Below, in pieces: positions 18,542-28,568 of a stretch of DNA of 64,000 bases. Position 1 is the first letter of the stretch, and each line of letters begins with the position of its first letter. Below the pieces are notes generated by a model. That model was not told the DNA's origin, did not search any database, and worked only from the letters and a program-made list of their open reading frames with translations. The DNA comes from Candidatus Omnitrophota bacterium. Its GTDB lineage: Bacteria > Omnitrophota > Gorgyraeia > 2-01-FULL-45-10. Location: contig JAGVGJ010000003.1 in assembly GCA_020057115.1 (NCBI GenBank), forward strand, positions 100,528-164,527, read 5' to 3'. Both the position numbers and the translations under genes were made by a program.

Positions 18542-20248
18542 CTATTCCTTCCACCATGCGACGCGCCTGGCTTCGATAACAAAAGGCGTATAACGCGGAC
18601 GCCCGGAATCGGTATTGAAATTACTGTCATATGTCCAGATGCGCGTTGGAGCCGTATACTGGGGGTTACCATAAACCCACGAGCCCGTTGCGATGGTGCT
18701 ATTCCACAGCGACACAAAAGAACCGGTTATCCTTAAATTTATGCCTGACCATGTTTCATGAAGCCTGGGATAATTCTCAAGGCCTCCGTTATAATTACCT
18801 GTGGTAGTGGTCTTCACTCCGGCGATGAAGGCGCAATTATATGTCGTTTCCGTAGCCACTCTTGTACTGACGTTACCGGTACTATTGGCGTCGGTCGAGC
18901 TCCAGTTATTTGAAAGGAGATTTACGGAATCGCAGATAATGCCTGCGGGCTTCCTGCCGGCAGTGCCATTATCGAGTTGGGTATTGAAATTACCTTTTAG
19001 ATATACGGGATCGTTCGATACGATCGTGACCCCATTAGTTCTGCCATAGATCTTTGAACCGTTTATTATCTTTACTCCGGGCTGATTTGCGCCGGCGTCA
19101 TTTCTTGTCATATACATAAGATTGTTCGTATCTGAAGGAAGATTGTTGGGAAATGGCGGCTTGCCTTCCGGCACGGTAACATTGCCGGCAAGGTTATTCA
19201 TATCTATCACCGTCATCGTGACATACTTGCCTTCCCGGTTATTGTAGAAAGTGGTCGTGGTCGCAATAGTCCCCGGAGGGTACTTGTTGGTCTTGTCGGT
19301 ATCATTCACGGTACCTTCGGAGAGCGTAACGCCGCCCTTGACTATGGTGCCGTTCGTGATGACGACATCGGCATTATCGGCATAATAACCGTCCGGCTGT
19401 ATAGATGCCACTGATGGCGGAGCAAGTTTCGTTACACCGTGGACCGAGCTCTGTACCGTGCCAAGCCAGCGCGTCTGGGAATCCGCTGTCCAGTTAGGAT
19501 TACTGCTGTCAAGTATGCTATTATCGGCAAGCTTCATCGTAAGGAAGTTCGAGCCGCCGTCATCGACCTTGATGGACACTGATCCTGCTATGGCATTATT
19601 CGAGTCTTTCCTTTTGTTATAGATATTACCGGATGAATGCAGATATGTAGAATCTACGGTCAATGTCTTGCCGCTCTCCGAACCGATATATATATCGCTG
19701 TTGGAATGTATCCATCCAAGGAATGTCATGTTAGCGCCAGGCAGGACCTCAAGGTCGCCGTCATAAAAGACGCCGTGCTGAAAAGTATATATTATGCGCC
19801 TTGATATGCTTTGCTTAAGCGTCACAGTGACTTTCTGCTCGGCCGGAAGGCTTGCTGTGGCCGGATGAGTAACTGTAGTCTCGACTATATAGTTACGGAC
19901 CTTTATCGTTGTAGAGCCCTCGACCTGGTCAGTATCGCTTGTGCCTCTTCTGGTGACCGTAGAAGCAATTGCGGTAGCTCCGGTGAATGTCGTGTAATTG
20001 GTGGTGACGTTATAGCTGGCTACGTCGGTAGCTATCTGGTAATTGGCCATAGCTGTGGCGAATTGGGATATGGCATTCTCCGTAGCGCCCTCGGCCAGGT
20101 AGAATGCCTCCTGAGCGAGTTTGTTCCTGTATGAGATATTCTTTTCGTTTACGGCATTGAACATGAGCGCCCCGGAGAGCGCCGCGAATGCCGCAACCAA
20201 AAGATATGATATTATTAAAGCCTGTCCTTTTCTCATCCTTAAGTCCAT
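18542..20248 (-). CDS. large (568 aa) PilX N-terminal-domain protein, probably pilus-associated (Asn/Thr/Ser-rich)
   Basis: N-terminus …RKGQALIISYLLVAAFAALSGALMF..N…AFYLAEGA… resembles the PilX_N family. Confidence 0.6.
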   Translation of the reverse strand: MDLRMRKGQALIISYLLVAAFAALSGALMFNAVNEKNISYRNKLAQEAFYLAEGATENAISQFATAMANYQIATDVASYNVTTNYTTFTGATAIASTVTRRGTSDTDQVEGSTTIKVRNYIVETTVTHPATASLPAEQKVTVTLKQSISRRIIYTFQHGVFYDGDLEVLPGANMTFLGWIHSNSDIYIGSESGKTLTVDSTYLHSSGNIYNKRKDSNNAIAGSVSIKVDDGGSNFLTMKLADNSILDSSNPNWTADSQTRWLGTVQSSVHGVTKLAPPSVASIQPDGYYADNADVVITNGTIVKGGVTLSEGTVNDTDKTNKYPPGTIATTTTFYNNREGKYVTMTVIDMNNLAGNVTVPEGKPPFPNNLPSDTNNLMYMTRNDAGANQPGVKIINGSKIYGRTNGVTIVSNDPVYLKGNFNTQLDNGTAGRKPAGIICDSVNLLSNNWSSTDANSTGNVSTRVATETTYNCAFIAGVKTTTTGNYNGGLENYPRLHETWSGINLRITGSFVSLWNSTIATGSWVYGNPQYTAPTRIWTYDSNFNTDSGRPRYTPFVIEARRVAWWKE

Positions 20249-20255
20249 ATCCTCT

Positions 20256-20849
20256 TTAATTTCTCAGCGTGACAATAGCTGTCGAGGTCACTGTCACGCT
20301 CCTGTTATTCCTTGTCACCTTGTTAAGCGTAAGTGATATGCTTATCTGGTCGATGCCAAGGGTGCTATCCATGGAGATGTCTTTAAATAAAAGGCTTGAG
20401 ACGTCTCTTGCCATGATCTCGGACCTCTCCTCGCTGGACTCTGTCCAGACACGTTTCACGGTCTTCTCGAAGGCGTTATACTCGAATCTTATCGTGTTGT
20501 TGGCGCTCGTATCCCACGGAGAGGCAAAATCGCCGTCCGAATTTATCGTAGGAGGATAGAACGTGATGCTCGTATTATTCGGTTGGCTTGGTATGGACAC
20601 GTGCAAGATGGACTGATATCTTAAGCCCTGAAAATAGGCCGGCGACCCAGACTCCCGCTCCTGGATCATCGATGAGAGCGCAGCCCTTGCGTTTGACTGA
20701 AGCTCTGACTGCGTGCGCGCTGTAAGAGATGCGTCGAGGCTTGTAACATATAATCCATACATTATGGCCATCACGGTGGCGAATATGCCGCCTGCCACGA
20801 TAAGCTCTATAACCGTAAAACCCGGTCTATCCGAATTGAAAAAACGCAT
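20256..20849 (-). CDS. prepilin-type minor pilin (PilW/PilV-like)
   Basis: N-terminus …RPGFTVIELIVAGGIFATV… is a class III signal (G-F-T-x-I-E). Confidence 0.75.
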   Translation of the reverse strand: MRFFNSDRPGFTVIELIVAGGIFATVMAIMYGLYVTSLDASLTARTQSELQSNARAALSSMIQERESGSPAYFQGLRYQSILHVSIPSQPNNTSITFYPPTINSDGDFASPWDTSANNTIRFEYNAFEKTVKRVWTESSEERSEIMARDVSSLLFKDISMDSTLGIDQISISLTLNKVTRNNRSVTVTSTAIVTLRN

Positions 20850-20852
20850 AAT

Positions 20853-21272
20853 TTATAGCCTCGACTTGAAGGTGGACATCGCAGTACTGAGAGATCGGCC
20901 GAATTTATCTTGCCATGTCACCGTTACCCTGACCTCGAGAGGTTCGGCCGCGGTATTGGGGTAAGTGACCGTGATATGCTCGCTCCTAAGGGTGTAGTTG
21001 CCGACAACGGTCGTGTAGGGCCTTGCGCCCGGGCCATCTTGAATGCCGTTCGGATAATTTGTCAGCATGGTAGAGAACGGGGTCGTGCGGGTTGAGCGTA
21101 TGGACTCCATCATATCCCGCAGGTCATACACGGCGATCGTCTGTTCTTTTGCGGAATCGATAAAATTTAATGCGGTCAACAATATGCCGAGAAAAGCCGC
21201 TGAGGTAATGGCTAAGATCAATATGGATACGAGCAGATCTATAAGCGACATCCCCTTTGAATTCTTCATCAT
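20853..21272 (-). CDS. prepilin-type minor pilin (PilV-like)
   Basis: N-terminus …KGMSLIDLLVSILILAI…. Confidence 0.65.
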   Translation of the reverse strand: MMKNSKGMSLIDLLVSILILAITSAAFLGILLTALNFIDSAKEQTIAVYDLRDMMESIRSTRTTPFSTMLTNYPNGIQDGPGARPYTTVVGNYTLRSEHITVTYPNTAAEPLEVRVTVTWQDKFGRSLSTAMSTFKSRL

Positions 21273-21293
21273 AATGCCATATTCCTCTAATAT

Positions 21294-21653
21294 CTATTCC
21301 GGCAGTTTGTGCCCTCTGTCCTCAAGGCTGCAGCGCACCTGCGGTTTTATCCCCACCTGTCCGAAGGCATAGCTGCCTTTCGACGGGCATGCGGGCTTAG
21401 TGCCTTTTATATACGAATATAAGCTATCTTCCTGCTCGGTATTAACGGAAGTCCCGTTCGAGATGCTGTTATCTATGGCCCAGGCGCTTATCGCTCCTTC
21501 AAGCTGATACAGATTCACGATGCAGGTATTTTTACGTGACAGCTCAAGCATCCTGACATAATTCGGAAGGCCAATAGCAAGTATGAGCGCTATGATCACA
21601 ACTGTGATCATTATCTCGACGAGCGTAAAACCTTTGCGTGAATATATTATCAT
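21294..21653 (-). CDS. pilA: type IVa major pilin PilA (paralog 2)
   Basis: RKGFTLVEIMITVVIIALI… Length 119 aa. Confidence 0.85.
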   Translation of the reverse strand: MIIYSRKGFTLVEIMITVVIIALILAIGLPNYVRMLELSRKNTCIVNLYQLEGAISAWAIDNSISNGTSVNTEQEDSLYSYIKGTKPACPSKGSYAFGQVGIKPQVRCSLEDRGHKLPE

Positions 21654-21751
21654 AATATTATATAAATTAATACCAATTTATCATATAGTTAGGATATTGT
21701 CAATAGGCAGATTCTGTGGGCTTATTCGCCGCACGAAAAACGCAGGCGAAT

Positions 21752-21784
21752 AAAAAAACCCCGCGCGTTTTAGAACGCGCGGGG
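21752..21784 (-). terminator. rho-independent terminator after pilA paralog 1
   Basis: On the minus strand: CCCCGCGCGttctaaaaCGCGCGGGG followed by TTTTTTT. Confidence 0.8.
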
Positions 21785-21810
21785 CATTCGTTGAAACCGA
21801 ACTTCCCGGT

Positions 21811-22170
21811 TTAGGTGGTTGAGCCACCGCCACCAGCAACGAGAGTGTGACCTGTTAAGCTATTCGGACATACTGGGTCCGCGCTTACGGACGGAACGAC
21901 ATAGGCTACCCCTCTGCAAGCAGGCCATGCCCTTATGTAGTTCGGGACGACGTCTCCCATCTCTGGGGTAGTCGGAGAAGCTGAGCCGCTATCAATGGCC
22001 CATACTTGGACTGCTCCCTGTATCTGTCTCAGGTTAGCTATACAAGCGTTTCTCTCCGCCGTCTCTCTCGCTCTGATGAAGTTCGGAATGGCTATCGCCG
22101 CCAATAGACCGATAATAGCGACAACTATCATAATTTCAACGAGCGTAAAGCCTTTTCTCTTCATCATCAT
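21811..22170 (-). CDS. pilA: type IVa major pilin PilA (paralog 1)
   Basis: KRKGFTLVEIMIVVAIIGLLAAIAIPNF… Length 119 aa. SD GGAGGG precedes the ATG. Confidence 0.9.
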   Translation of the reverse strand: MMMKRKGFTLVEIMIVVAIIGLLAAIAIPNFIRARETAERNACIANLRQIQGAVQVWAIDSGSASPTTPEMGDVVPNYIRAWPACRGVAYVVPSVSADPVCPNSLTGHTLVAGGGGSTT

Positions 22171-22269
22171 ATAAATCCCTCCTCTCTTCCCAAAATTGGG
22201 TATATTTTTATTGAGGCTGTTAGAAAAAGATAAATTTATATATAGCTTCTTCCAGACACCCTCATTTTA

Positions 22270-22298
22270 AGTATACCTGACAAATATACGCTTGTCAA
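22270..22298 (-). promoter_or_regulatory. sigma70-type promoter TTGACA-17nt-TATACT for pilA paralog 1; the -35 is embedded in the palindrome TTGACAAgcgtatatTTGTCAg
   Basis: On the minus strand: TTGACAagcgtatatttgtcaggTATACT. Leader is about 100 nt. Confidence 0.55.
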
Positions 22299-22347
22299 GG
22301 TCAGGCCACCGTCGGGGAAAAACTGCGCTAGCGGCGAAAAAACTATT

Positions 22348-23553
22348 TTACCCCCCAGCCAGGGCCGTGATCTTGAATATCGGAAGGAACATGCAGATGA
22401 CTATGGTACCTATGACTACCCCCAGAAAAGCGATGATGAGCGGCTCTATCAGGCTAGTGAGTCCGCTCACGGCGGAATCCACCTGCTCATCATAAAAATC
22501 GGCTATCTTTGACAACATCTTTTCTAGCTCACCGGCCTGTTCCCCAACGGCGACCATCCTCACCACCATGGAAGGGAATATCTTCGCCCTGGCAAGAGGC
22601 TCCGAGATGTTCTCCCCCTCGCGGACATTCCGCGAAACGCTCTCTACGGCAAGCTCCACGGCCTTATTGCCGGCCGTCTTGCCCACGATCTCAAGCGACG
22701 CAAGTATGGGGACGCCGCTCTTTATAAGAGTGGAGAGCGTCCTTGTGAATTTGGAGATGGCGACCTTTGTGAACAGGATGCCGAATATCGGCATGCTCAG
22801 CAAAAATGAGTCGATCCTTATCCTGCCCATCTCTGTCTTAAAGTATTTCGACATAAGATAGTATATGATCGCTATTATGCCTGCTATGATCAGGAAATAT
22901 TTCTGGAGGGCATCGCTTATTGTCAGAAGGACGAGCGTCGGCGTAGGAAGCGCCGCGCCGAAGCCTGAAAATATATTCTTAAATATAGGTATGACCTTTA
23001 ACAGGAGTAATAGCGTAATGCCGATCGCCATGCCGCTCACGACAGCCGGATATATGAGCGCTGATCTTACCTTCTTCTGCAGCGCGCTCGTCTTCTCAAA
23101 ATATGTCGCGACGCGGTCCAGTATCTCGGCAAGCATGCCGCTCGATTCCCCCGCCTTTACCATGTTTATGAAGAGCGGCGAGAACGTCGACTTGTGTTTA
23201 GCGAGCGCGTCGGAGAGGTTCGAGCCTGTCTCGACGTCATTGCGGACCTTCGTTATGATCTCGCCGAAGCTCTTATTCTCTATCTGGTCGCCGAGGATAT
23301 CGAGCGCGCCGACGAGCGGGATGCCGGCGTCGACCATCGTGGCAAGCTGTCTTGCGAAGACTACGATGTCGTCAAGCTTCACCTTCTTCTTGCCGAAAGA
23401 GAAGACCATCTTCGCGACGGATTCGTTGAGCGATATTATTATGAGATCTTTCTTCCGTAATGCGTCTACCGCCGCGGCCCTGTCCTTTGAATCGAGAAGC
23501 CCGCTTAAGGTCTTCCCTCCCTGGTCCTTGGCTACATATCTAAAACTTGGCAT
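22348..23553 (-). CDS. pilC: type IV pilus inner-membrane platform protein PilC (GspF family)
   Basis: Two T2SSF domains with 3 TM segments. Length 401 aa. Confidence 0.9.
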   Translation of the reverse strand: MPSFRYVAKDQGGKTLSGLLDSKDRAAAVDALRKKDLIIISLNESVAKMVFSFGKKKVKLDDIVVFARQLATMVDAGIPLVGALDILGDQIENKSFGEIITKVRNDVETGSNLSDALAKHKSTFSPLFINMVKAGESSGMLAEILDRVATYFEKTSALQKKVRSALIYPAVVSGMAIGITLLLLLKVIPIFKNIFSGFGAALPTPTLVLLTISDALQKYFLIIAGIIAIIYYLMSKYFKTEMGRIRIDSFLLSMPIFGILFTKVAISKFTRTLSTLIKSGVPILASLEIVGKTAGNKAVELAVESVSRNVREGENISEPLARAKIFPSMVVRMVAVGEQAGELEKMLSKIADFYDEQVDSAVSGLTSLIEPLIIAFLGVVIGTIVICMFLPIFKITALAGG

Positions 23554-23554
23554 C

Positions 23555-25273
23555 CTAATCCTCCGAAGTGATGCTCAACACCTCTTCAAGAGTGGTGTTC
23601 CCGAGGATAAAGTTTTCAAGGGCATTCTCCCTCAGCGTCATCATCCCGTGCTTAATGGCATACTCCTTGATCTCGTCGCTGGAAGCCTTGCGCATCACCA
23701 TGTCCCGCATCTGGTCATCCACCAGGATCGCCTCGAGTATGCCTATCCTTCCGTAATAACCGGTCTTATTGCACTTCTGGCAGCCCCTGCCATGATAGAA
23801 TTTTACGCCCTTCGCGGTGAACCTCTCGTCTTTAAGGCCGGCGCGCTCAAGGACATTCTTCGGTATCTCGGCCTCCTCCTTGCAGCTTGGGCATATCTTC
23901 CTCATGAGGCGCTGAGCGGCTACGAGGACTATGCTCGACCCGACGAGGAACGGCTCGACGCCCATGTCGATAAGGCGCGTGATCGCGCCGGGCGCGTCGT
24001 TCGTGTGGAGCGTGCTCAATATGAGCTGCCCGGCGAGCGTCGCTTTGACGGCGATATCTGCAGTCTCAAGATCCCTTATCTCTCCGACCATTATTATGTC
24101 GGGGCTCTGGCGCAGGACGCTCTTTAGGCCCGCTGCGAAGGTGAGCCCGATCTCCGGGTTCATCGGTATCTGCGTTATGCCCTCAAGCTCATATTCGACC
24201 GGGTCCTCCAGGGTGACTATGTTCCGCTCGGGAGTATTCAATTGGTTTATTATCGAATATAGCGTGGTTGTTTTCCCGCTTCCTGTAGGGCCTGTCAAGA
24301 GTATCATGCCGAACGGCTTCGTGAGCGCCTCCTTGAAGGTCTTTAGCGGCTGCGAAAGGAACCCGAGCCTCTCCAGGCCCATATTCAGGCTCGACTTGTC
24401 CAGCACCCTCAAGACTATCTTGCCGCCGAATGCTATCGGAAGGACGGAGACCCTGAAATCTATCTGTTTTCCTTCGAAATTTATCCTGAATCGGCCGTCC
24501 TGCGGGGCCCTTGTCTCGGTTATGTCGAGCCTCGACATTATCTTTATTCTCGCTATGACGGCATTCTGGTTCTTCTTGGGAAGAGTGAGCACCTCGTGCA
24601 GGCTGCCGTCTATCCTGTATCGCACTTTGAGCGCCTTCTCCGCCGGCTCGATGTGTATGTCGCTTGCGCGTTTCTTAAGGGCCCCGTTCAATATGAGGCT
24701 TACGACCTTGACTATCGGAGCGCTCTTGCTGATCTCGGCTATCTCGCTTACGTCTATATGCTCCTCTTCCTCGAGCACCTCTATGTCCGATGGCCCGACT
24801 TCAGCCTCATCGAACATCTCCGATATCTCCTGGACCTGGCTGCCATAATATGTATTGATCGCTTCTTTCAGGTCATTTTCCGTGGCAAGCACCGGCTCTA
24901 TCTTGAAATTTGTTATGATAGTGACGTCATCGATGGCGAATATGTTGAGCGGATCTACCATCGCCACGGTAAGGACGCTTCCTATCTTGGATATCGGTAT
25001 TATGGAATATTGCCTTGCCACCTTTTCAGGTATGATCCTGGCTATGTCCCTGTTTATCTTGTATTTTGAGAGATCGATGAGCGGAGTGTTGAGCTGCTGG
25101 CTCAATATGACCATGAGGGCCTTCTGCGATATGCCGCCCTGCTCTACAAGTATCTTCCCGAGCGATCCGCCGGATCTTTTCTGTGTTTCGAGAGCCTTGT
25201 CGAGGTCCTTCTGTTTGACAAGATCGCTCTTTATCAAGACCTCTATCAGTTTATCTTTGAATGATTCTACCAT
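23555..25273 (-). CDS. pilB: type IV pilus assembly ATPase PilB (GspE family) with N-terminal MshEN/T2SSE_N domain
   Basis: Walker A GPTGSGKTTT and a tetracysteine motif. The N-terminus carries the two MshEN motifs. Confidence 0.9.
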   Translation of the reverse strand: MVESFKDKLIEVLIKSDLVKQKDLDKALETQKRSGGSLGKILVEQGGISQKALMVILSQQLNTPLIDLSKYKINRDIARIIPEKVARQYSIIPISKIGSVLTVAMVDPLNIFAIDDVTIITNFKIEPVLATENDLKEAINTYYGSQVQEISEMFDEAEVGPSDIEVLEEEEHIDVSEIAEISKSAPIVKVVSLILNGALKKRASDIHIEPAEKALKVRYRIDGSLHEVLTLPKKNQNAVIARIKIMSRLDITETRAPQDGRFRINFEGKQIDFRVSVLPIAFGGKIVLRVLDKSSLNMGLERLGFLSQPLKTFKEALTKPFGMILLTGPTGSGKTTTLYSIINQLNTPERNIVTLEDPVEYELEGITQIPMNPEIGLTFAAGLKSVLRQSPDIIMVGEIRDLETADIAVKATLAGQLILSTLHTNDAPGAITRLIDMGVEPFLVGSSIVLVAAQRLMRKICPSCKEEAEIPKNVLERAGLKDERFTAKGVKFYHGRGCQKCNKTGYYGRIGILEAILVDDQMRDMVMRKASSDEIKEYAIKHGMMTLRENALENFILGNTTLEEVLSITSED

Positions 25274-25275
25274 AT

Positions 25276-27009
25276 CTACACCGTGGGTAAGTCCTGGTCG
25301 CCGACCGTGACGCGCAACACCTCGTCGAGCGTCGTTACGCCGTTCAATGCATTCTCTATCCCGATCTCTCTCAGCGTCTTCATGCCTTCTTTGCGGGCCA
25401 GCTCTCTTATCTTATGCTCCTGCGCGCCCGCAAGTATGAGGGCCTTTATCGCCGGCGTCAACGTAAGCACCTCTATCAGGCCCACCCTTCCTTTATATCC
25501 CGTATTAAGGCAGGCCTTGCACCCCTTACCTTTATAGAACGTCTGGTCGGACTTGAGTTTTATATTGAGCCTTTCGAGAACGCCCTTCTCCACGCTTAAA
25601 GGCTCCTTGCAATTGGGGCATATCTTCCTCACAAGCCTTTGGGCGCCTACAAGAAGAAGAGATGACGTCATGAGGAATGGCTCTACGCCCATATTGATCA
25701 GTCGCACGATCGAACCGGTTGCCGTCGTCGTATGAAGAGTGCTTAATACCAGGTGGCCGGTAAGCGCCGATTTTATTGCGATATCCACCGTCTCAAAGTC
25801 CCTTATCTCTCCTATCATTATTATGTCGGGATCCTGCCTCAATATAGACCTTAATGCGCTTGCGAACGTAAGCCCTATAGAAGGCCTGGCCGTCACCTGG
25901 TTCAAACCGTCTATCATGTACTCGACGGGATCCTCTACGGTGACCACATTATCTTCGGGAGAATTTACATCGGCAAGTATCGAATAGAGAGTCGTCGTCT
26001 TGCCGCAGCCTGTCGGCCCGCACATGAGTATCATGCCGTGGGGTTTTTCGGAGGCCTTCTTTATGGCGTCCAGGGACTGCCTGTCAAATCCCAGCTTCTG
26101 GATGTCGAGCATCGCCTGGGACTTGTCCAATATCCTCAATGCCACCTTCTCGCCCTTACTCGACGGCAGGACAGATATGCGGAAGTCTATCTCGCGGCCG
26201 TGCAGTCTTATCTTGAAGCGGCCGTCCTGCGGGAGCCTGCGCTCGGAGATGTCGAGGTCAGACATGACCTTAAGCCTCGAGACTATGGCATTGTGCAGCG
26301 CCTTCGGCGGGCGCTTTCCTTCCTGGAGCATGCCGTCTACCCTGTATCTTATGCGCAGGTCCGTTTCTAACGGCTCTATCAGGACGTCGCTCGCCCTTAA
26401 AGTTATGGCTTCCGCAAGTATAAGGTTAGTGATCTTTACGACCGGAGCGTCCTGCACCATCTTCATGAGGTCCTTCGAATCCGGAGCAGGCTCTGGGCCG
26501 CCATCCTCCACGACCTTTATCTCGGACGTCTCCGTCATGTCCTCGACTATCTTCTCGATAGCCGTGTTCATATTCTCCTCATAATATTGGTCTATCGCGT
26601 CTTTGATGTCCTTTTCGCTTGTTATGACAGGGTTTATCTTAAGTCCCGTAAGCGTCTTGATGTCGTCCAGCGCGAATATATTGAGCGGGTCGGCCATTGC
26701 CACCGTAAGGGTGTCTCCCATCTTTGATATGGGCAGTATCTGGTAATGCCTTACTATCTTCTTCGGGATAAGCTTTATCACGGAGGGGTCTATCTTATAG
26801 CGGGAGATATTTATGGGAGGTATGCCGAGCTCTTTCGACAGGATCACCATGAGATCGTTTCTTGATACAAGGCCGAGGCCTGCGAGTATATCGCTCAACG
26901 ATCCGCCATTCTCCTTCTGGATATCGAGCGCCTTCTTGAGGTCTTCTTCCTTAAGGAGCTTTTTATCTATCAGTACCTGGGCGATCTTCTCTTTTAAGGT
27001 GGGTGCCAT
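25276..27009 (-). CDS. pilB: second PilB/GspE-family ATPase (tandem paralog) with MshEN N-terminal domain
   Basis: Walker A GPTGCGKTTT. Length 577 aa. Confidence 0.9.
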   Translation of the reverse strand: MAPTLKEKIAQVLIDKKLLKEEDLKKALDIQKENGGSLSDILAGLGLVSRNDLMVILSKELGIPPINISRYKIDPSVIKLIPKKIVRHYQILPISKMGDTLTVAMADPLNIFALDDIKTLTGLKINPVITSEKDIKDAIDQYYEENMNTAIEKIVEDMTETSEIKVVEDGGPEPAPDSKDLMKMVQDAPVVKITNLILAEAITLRASDVLIEPLETDLRIRYRVDGMLQEGKRPPKALHNAIVSRLKVMSDLDISERRLPQDGRFKIRLHGREIDFRISVLPSSKGEKVALRILDKSQAMLDIQKLGFDRQSLDAIKKASEKPHGMILMCGPTGCGKTTTLYSILADVNSPEDNVVTVEDPVEYMIDGLNQVTARPSIGLTFASALRSILRQDPDIIMIGEIRDFETVDIAIKSALTGHLVLSTLHTTTATGSIVRLINMGVEPFLMTSSLLLVGAQRLVRKICPNCKEPLSVEKGVLERLNIKLKSDQTFYKGKGCKACLNTGYKGRVGLIEVLTLTPAIKALILAGAQEHKIRELARKEGMKTLREIGIENALNGVTTLDEVLRVTVGDQDLPTV

Positions 27010-27015
27010 CCTATC

Positions 27016-27480
27016 CTATTTCTTGGTATAGTATTTTTTTATGGCGTCCGAAACGTCGGTCATGGTGCTTACGAAGACATGGACCTTGCACTTGGTCAGC
27101 ATCTCCACGTCTTCTATGGCCTGGGTGTTAAGGGGGTTAGACATGGCGATGGTTATTATATCCTCTATCCTGTCTATCGCTATAAGGTTATACTGCCTTG
27201 CGACATTTTCAGGTATCAGTTTAATGGCTTCGGGAGATATCTCGTAGCTCTCGAGCGGCAGGAAAGGAAACCCGTACTGTATGGTGAGGACCTGCGCTAT
27301 CTCCTCCTCGGTCACGTAGCCGAGCGCGACGAGTATCTGGCCTATCAGGCCGTCGCGGGCGTTCTTGCCCTTTTCTTTCTGTATGGCAAGGGCTTTATCG
27401 AGCTGCGCCTGGTTTATTATGTCGCTCTCCAGGAGAAGCTCCCCGAGCTGTTTTGAGATTATGCGCTTGATCGGTATCAT
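27016..27480 (-). CDS. standalone MshEN (T2SSE_N) domain protein, predicted c-di-GMP receptor
   Basis: Tandem motifs KQLGELLLESDIINQAQLDKALAIQ and LIGQILVALGYVTEEEIAQVLTIQ. Confidence 0.7.
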   Translation of the reverse strand: MIPIKRIISKQLGELLLESDIINQAQLDKALAIQKEKGKNARDGLIGQILVALGYVTEEEIAQVLTIQYGFPFLPLESYEISPEAIKLIPENVARQYNLIAIDRIEDIITIAMSNPLNTQAIEDVEMLTKCKVHVFVSTMTDVSDAIKKYYTKK

Positions 27481-27486
27481 CTTTGC

Positions 27487-28551
27487 CTATCTCTTGAATA
27501 TCCTCAAAAGGTCCTCTTGGTCGGTCGTCCTAGCGAACGCCTCCTCATAAGATATCATCTTCTTCTGGTATAGCTCGTACAGCATCTGGTTCATGGTCTT
27601 CATGCCTTCCTTCTGCGATGTCTGCATGACGGAATAGAGCTGGTGGACCTTGCCTTCGCGTATCAAGCTTCGTATGGGCGGAGTGGCTATCATGACTTCG
27701 GTAGCAAGCACCCTTCCGGCCTCGCCCATCCTCGGGATAAGCTGCTGCGACAGTATCGCCAGAAGAACGAACGAGAGCTGCGTCTTTATCTGCTGCTGCT
27801 GGTGCGCCGGGAAGACATCCACTATCCTGTTTATCGTCTGGACGCAGTCCGAGGTATGGAGCGTCGCGAATACAAGGTGACCTGTCTCCGCGATAGTGAG
27901 CGCAGCCTCTATCGTCTCAAGGTCGCGCATCTCGCCTATCAGAATGACATTCGGGTCCTGTCTCAATACGTGCTTCAGCGCGGCGCCGAAAGAGTGGGTG
28001 TCGCTGTATGCCTCGCGCTGGGCCACGAGCGCCTTCTTATTGTCGTGGACGAACTCGATCGGGTCTTCTATGGTCACTATGTGGCAAGGCCTGTCCTTGT
28101 TGATCCAGTCTATCATCGATGCCAGCGTCGTCGATTTACCGCTGCCGGTCGCGCCCGTCACGAGGACTAGCCCCTTCGGCTTTTTACAGAGGCCTGTTAC
28201 GATATCCACGGGCAGTCCGCATTCCTCAAAAGTCCATATCCCGCGCGGTATTATCCTTATGGAACAGCCGATCGTCCCTCTCTGCTTAAAGACATTGACC
28301 CTGAAGCGGCCCATGCCCTCCACCGCGAAAGCCATATCAAGTTCGAGCGTCCGCTCGAACTTCTCTATATGGTCGGGCTTGAGCACGCTGTAAGTCAATT
28401 TCTGGGACTCTTCCGGAGAGAGGACATGATCGTCCACCGGGACCAGCTTCTCGTCGATCCTCAGCTCTACCGGAGAACCTGCCGATACGTGGAGGTCGGA
28501 GGCCTTGCTGTCATACATAACCTTTAAAAGATTCCTGATATCGTGTTGCAT
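27487..28551 (-). CDS. pilT: twitching-motility retraction ATPase PilT
   Basis: 354 aa, Walker A GATGSGKST, PilT-like N-terminus. Confidence 0.9.
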   Translation of the reverse strand: MQHDIRNLLKVMYDSKASDLHVSAGSPVELRIDEKLVPVDDHVLSPEESQKLTYSVLKPDHIEKFERTLELDMAFAVEGMGRFRVNVFKQRGTIGCSIRIIPRGIWTFEECGLPVDIVTGLCKKPKGLVLVTGATGSGKSTTLASMIDWINKDRPCHIVTIEDPIEFVHDNKKALVAQREAYSDTHSFGAALKHVLRQDPNVILIGEMRDLETIEAALTIAETGHLVFATLHTSDCVQTINRIVDVFPAHQQQQIKTQLSFVLLAILSQQLIPRMGEAGRVLATEVMIATPPIRSLIREGKVHQLYSVMQTSQKEGMKTMNQMLYELYQKKMISYEEAFARTTDQEDLLRIFKR

Positions 28552-28568
28552 ATGTATCCTCTATCCTC

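Noticed and set aside
22299-22347. possible sigma54 promoter TGGCCTgaccTTGAC upstream of pilA1
   Set aside because: The GG-to-GC spacing does not fit the strict -24/-12 geometry, and a good sigma70 promoter explains the region.
22865-24127. 420-aa plus-strand ORF (and other long plus-strand ORFs at 9887-10600, 23931-24848, 26000-26584, 34982-35725 and 40455-41174)
   Set aside because: They are antisense to minus-strand genes with unambiguous homology (pilC/pilB, proB, mrdA, rluD). Their composition is low-complexity and Ser/Pro-rich, typical of shadow ORFs.
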